A stretch of 64,000 nucleotides of DNA, from the NCBI GenBank assembly GCA_016722705.1, contig JADKGN010000001.1, forward strand, positions 512,744-576,743, written 5' to 3'. The DNA comes from Candidatus Dechloromonas phosphoritropha (GTDB taxonomy: Bacteria > Pseudomonadota > Gammaproteobacteria > Burkholderiales > Rhodocyclaceae). Made by a program: the position numbers and the translations under genes. Under the pieces are notes generated by a model. The model saw only the letters and a program-made list of their open reading frames with translations. It did not search any database and was not told where the DNA came from. Shown piece by piece: positions 60,896 to 64,000 of the stretch (position 1 is the stretch's first letter; every line of letters begins with the position of its first letter).

Positions 60896-61180
60896 CGGCC
60901 ACAACAAAGTATCAACGGCATAGTCGGTAGAAGTAATTCGAACAGTGCCATTTGGCTTACCTACAAGATCGCTGATTGCGTCAAGCTCCGTCTCAACCTC
61001 TTCGAGCCGAGGACCAACGGAGTACAGAAGCCGCTCTCCTGCCTCTGTCGCCGAAACGCTTCGGGTCGTTCTGGTGAGAAGGCGCACGCCCAACTCAGCC
61101 TCGAGAGCGCGAATGGTATGACTCAGCGCAGATGTGGAAACGCCTATTTTTGCTGCCGCCCGAGTAAAGCTGCGCTCCCT
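60896..61180 (-). pseudogene. LysR-family regulator fragment (paralog of 55041-55934)
   Basis: ERSFTRAAAKIGVSTSALSHTIRALEAELGVRLLTRTTRSVSATEAGERLL... It is cut at both ends. Confidence 0.65.
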
Positions 61181-61245
61181 GGGGTCTGAGGCGCAACGGA
61201 ACGAAAAACACGGTTAAGCCAACGTCATTGTTCTGAGACGCCCCC
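61181..61245. repeat. Two facing Tn3-family terminal repeats
   Basis: GGGGTCTGAGGCGCAACGGAACGAAAAACACGGTTAAGC on the top strand. GGGGGCGTCTCAGAACAATGACGTTGGCTTAACC on the bottom strand. Their inner ends overlap. Confidence 0.6.
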
Positions 61246-61307
61246 GTCGATGGCGGCCTGAATTTCGGCGGCCAGCCGTGCGGTGTAGTTCTCCTGGGCC
61301 GTGGTCA

Positions 61308-61730
61308 TTAAGCCGTCTCCCATGGGTTGATGACGTTCAGCCCGGCAGCCTCAAAAGGGCTGGTGTCGCGGGTGGCGACGGTGAAGCCGTTGGCAAGGGC
61401 GACGGCCGCAATGAAGGCATCGGCTGTTTCGACCGCCAAGCCGGCAGCACGGGACTTGGCCAGCAGCTCGGCATAAGCCTTCGTGCAAGCCATATCGAAC
61501 GAAAGCACCCGATTGGCGAACATCGGCAGCAGGCCCTTTTCCAAGTTCTCATGCAGGCTGTCCCGGCGCTTTCCTGCCGGCATCAGCGCGATACCCGCAC
61601 GCAACTCGGCTACCGTGATCGCGGACAGGTAGAGCGTTTCCAGCGCTTGCGCGTCGATCCAGTCAAGGACGCGGGCATTGGGCTTCTGGCGCTGCGGCTC
61701 CGAAATCACGTTCGTATCGAGCAGGATCAT
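61308..61730 (-). CDS. vapC: PIN-domain toxin VapC
   Basis: MILLDTNVISEPQRQ...TVAELRAG...ATRDTSPF. Confidence 0.85.
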   Translation of the reverse strand: MILLDTNVISEPQRQKPNARVLDWIDAQALETLYLSAITVAELRAGIALMPAGKRRDSLHENLEKGLLPMFANRVLSFDMACTKAYAELLAKSRAAGLAVETADAFIAAVALANGFTVATRDTSPFEAAGLNVINPWETA

Positions 61731-61984
61731 TCGAAGCTCACCGCACGGGCCGGAGACTTGATGCGCACGCTCTCAAACAAGGCGTGTTCTTCATCGGTTA
61801 GGCCGCCAGCCTCGCGGGCGATGGAGGCCAAGAAAGAGCCAAGTTTCACGCGGCCATCGGGCCTCGCTGCCCGCTCCAAGATGTCGCGGATTTCGGCCTC
61901 GGTGCTGCGGCCGTGCTGGGCGGCTTGGATTCGGATGGCCCGATGCACCTCATCAGGCAGATTTCTTACATTCACGTTTGCCAT
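61727..61984 (-). CDS. vapB: RHH antitoxin (VapB/FitA-like)
   Basis: MANVNVRNLPDEVHRAIRIQAAQHGRSTEAEIRDIL. 4-nt overlap with vapC. Confidence 0.75.
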   Translation of the reverse strand: MANVNVRNLPDEVHRAIRIQAAQHGRSTEAEIRDILERAARPDGRVKLGSFLASIAREAGGLTDEEHALFESVRIKSPARAVSFE

Positions 61985-62176
61985 TTGGTAGCTTTCCAAT
62001 GTAACGCTGTCAATGGAACCATTGTATGTCATTGATACCACCGCGCAAGCATTTTCATGCGACGTGGTCCATTTGGGTAGCCAAAAACAAACTAGCCAAT
62101 TTAGATTGCGTTTTGCCTTCTTGGCCAGGCCTGCTACGCTAGGACAAGTTAGCTATACCCATCTTGGCCAACCGTC

Positions 62177-62285
62177 ATGCAAGTCGCCCGCATCTATCTA
62201 CGCGTCAGCACCGATGAACAGGATCTGACCCGCCAAGCCAACATCGAGCACAGCACTAGGGCGGCCGGCTACTACATCGCTGGTA
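62177..62285 (+). pseudogene. tnpR: Serine resolvase, N-terminal 36 codons only
   Basis: MQVARIYLRVSTDEQDLTRQ...AAGYYIAG, then homology switches to TnpA. Confidence 0.65.
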
Positions 62286-63024
62286 CCTTTTGCGTGCTTG
62301 ACGAGCTGCACATCGCGCTACGTCAGCGCGATGTGTTCGTGACGCCGAGCTGGCGCTACGCCGATCCTCGAGCCGGCCTCCTCGATGGCAGCGAGTGGGA
62401 AGCCACCCGGCCGATCATCTGCCGGACCCTGGGGCTATCGGCCAGCCCCGAGCCGACGCTGACGGCCCTGGCCGCCGAGCTTGACCGCACCTACCGCGCC
62501 GTCGCGGCCAGACTGCCCGACAACCCGGCGGTGCGGTTCGATAAGAGCGGCGACAAGCACGACCTGGTGCTCAGTCCACTAGACAAGATGGAAGAACCGG
62601 CCTCGCTGCTCGCCCTACGGGAGACAGTCGCCGGCATGCTGCCGCGTGTTGACCTGCCTGAACTGATCCTGGAAGTCGCAGCCCGTACCGGCTTTACTGA
62701 CGCCTTCACCCATATCTCGGAACGTACGGCCCGCGCCGCCGACCTACACGTCAGCCTGTGCGCGGTGCTGATGGCCGAAGCCTGCAATACTGGCTTGGAG
62801 CCGCTGATCCGTGGCGACGTGCCCGCACTGAAGCGCGACCGGCTGTCTTGGGTAGACCAGAATTACCTCCGCGACGACACGCAGGTGGACGCCAACGCGA
62901 TACTGGTCGCGGCACAAAGCCATCTGGCGCTGGCCAGCTTGTGGGGTGGCGGCGAGGTGGCCTCCGCCGATGGCATGCGCTTCGTCGTGCCGGTGCGAAC
63001 TGTGCATGCCGGCCCGAACCCGAA
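62286..63024 (+). pseudogene. Tn3-family TnpA internal fragment
   Basis: ...DVFVTPSWRYADPRAGLL...MLPRVDLPELILEV...WGGGEVASADGMRFVVPV..AGPNP. No stop in this frame, so it is absent from the track. Confidence 0.7.
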
Positions 63025-63136
63025 TGGCACTTACTTAACGTTCAACTCTTTGATGCAAATGATGAAACAGGCTGGATCGACGCGTGATAAGTTGGCGTCG
63101 CCAAATACCCAACCCGCCCACGATGAGCCAGCCCAA

Positions 63137-64000
63137 ATGCATCCTATCCGCAGTACACGCGCACAGCAACACCGAACGGTCAAGGCCCACGCTGCCCAGA
63201 GCGACGCCTATGCGTTTTTCAACCTGTTGACGGGGCCGGAATTGTTGGATGCCGTGGAATCTGAACTGCCGCCCCACCGAGAAAGGCAATATCCCCCGAC
63301 GGAGACGTTGTCGATGTTTCTGGCCCAAGCGCTGAGCACCGATCGTTCCTGCCAGAAGGCAGTCAATGACCGTGCGGTCAAATGCCTGGTTGGCGGCCTG
63401 GTGCCGGGCAGCACCCACACGGGCGCCTATTGCCGGGCGCGAAAGCGCTTGCCTTTGAAGATGCTCAGTACACTGGCGTGCCACGTGGGGCAAAGAGTCG
63501 CCACGCAGGCGCCGACAGCTTGGCATTGGCGGGGTCGTCCCGTCCGTCTGGTGGACGGGACGACCGTCGTAATGCCCGACACCTCAGACAATCAGGTCGT
63601 CTACCCGCAACCGACGAGCCAGAAGCCGGGACTGGGTTTCCCGCAGTGCCGGATCGTTGGGCTCGTTTGTTTGGGTAGCGGGGCGGTCCTCAATGCCACG
63701 ACCGGCTCCTGTCGGGGCAAGGGCAGCGATGAGCAGTCGTTGCTGCGTTCGATATTCGATTCTCTGGAGCAGGGTGATTTACTGTTGGGCGACGCCTTCT
63801 ACGCCACCTACTTTCTCCTCTGCTCATTGCGCGAGCGGTGCATTGATGCGGTGTTTGAACAAAATGGCGCGCGGCAACGCACCACCGATTTTTGCCGAGG
63901 TCGGCAGTTGGGGCAGTGCGATCATCTGATCGTGCTGCCAAAACCCGCCAGCAAACCCGACTGGATGCCTCAGGCCGACTACGATCAGGCCCCCGAGAGT
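63137..64000 (+). CDS. IS4-family transposase (Nterm_IS4 type), partial at window end
   Basis: ...FFNLLTGPELLDAVESELPPHRERQYPPTETLSMFLAQALS...VDGTTVVMPDT...LLGDAFY. Confidence 0.75.
   Translation, partial: MHPIRSTRAQQHRTVKAHAAQSDAYAFFNLLTGPELLDAVESELPPHRERQYPPTETLSMFLAQALSTDRSCQKAVNDRAVKCLVGGLVPGSTHTGAYCRARKRLPLKMLSTLACHVGQRVATQAPTAWHWRGRPVRLVDGTTVVMPDTSDNQVVYPQPTSQKPGLGFPQCRIVGLVCLGSGAVLNATTGSCRGKGSDEQSLLRSIFDSLEQGDLLLGDAFYATYFLLCSLRERCIDAVFEQNGARQRTTDFCRGRQLGQCDHLIVLPKPASKPDWMPQADYDQAPES

Noticed and set aside
62177-64000. The stop-free plus-strand frame from 62177 to the window end as one large gene.
   Set aside because: It is a concatenation of a resolvase stub, a TnpA internal fragment and an IS4 transposase that happen to share a frame.

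Overview
High-GC, proteobacterial-looking chromosomal segment heavily invaded by mobile DNA. 1.5-18.6 kb is a surface-polysaccharide locus. It carries GT4 glycosyltransferases, a Wzx flippase, FdtA/FdtB-type dTDP-3-amino-3,6-dideoxyhexose genes, an AT-rich formyltransferase beside the remnant of an acetyltransferase, and a WbpP-like epimerase. Divergent from these is a PHP tyrosine phosphatase-Wza-Wzc export module. The locus is cut by an IS3-family copy and by an IS4-inside-IS4 nest. 20.3-28.8 kb is the most interesting part: a minus-strand lasso-peptide-type RiPP cluster. It encodes an ABC exporter, B2 protease, AsnB-like cyclase, two tandem 50-aa precursor genes below the ORF-track size cutoff, a PRMT-like methyltransferase with a PqqD-like tail, an HprK-related kinase and a PqqD/RRE protein. 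This cluster is itself invaded by a Phd/VapC module and a small palindromic element, and carries a decayed nucleotidyltransferase gene. 29-38 kb holds housekeeping-like genes (ClpX paralog, DUF2062, ComEC, hydrolases, APC permease). From 39.2 kb to the end is an IS/transposon graveyard: IS630 x2, IS256, two IS3 types, IS5, several IS4 types, ISAs1, a Tn21-like tnpA pseudogene, and Tn402-like and Tn3-like terminal repeats. It contains many gene fragments (mfd::radical-SAM chimera, archease, rtcB). The window also has three VapBC-type pairs and a TumE/TumA-like pair. No rRNA, tRNA or CRISPR array was recognised by eye. Many long ORFs in the track are antisense shadow ORFs typical of high-GC DNA. 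All family assignments come from motif recognition by eye, not from searches.
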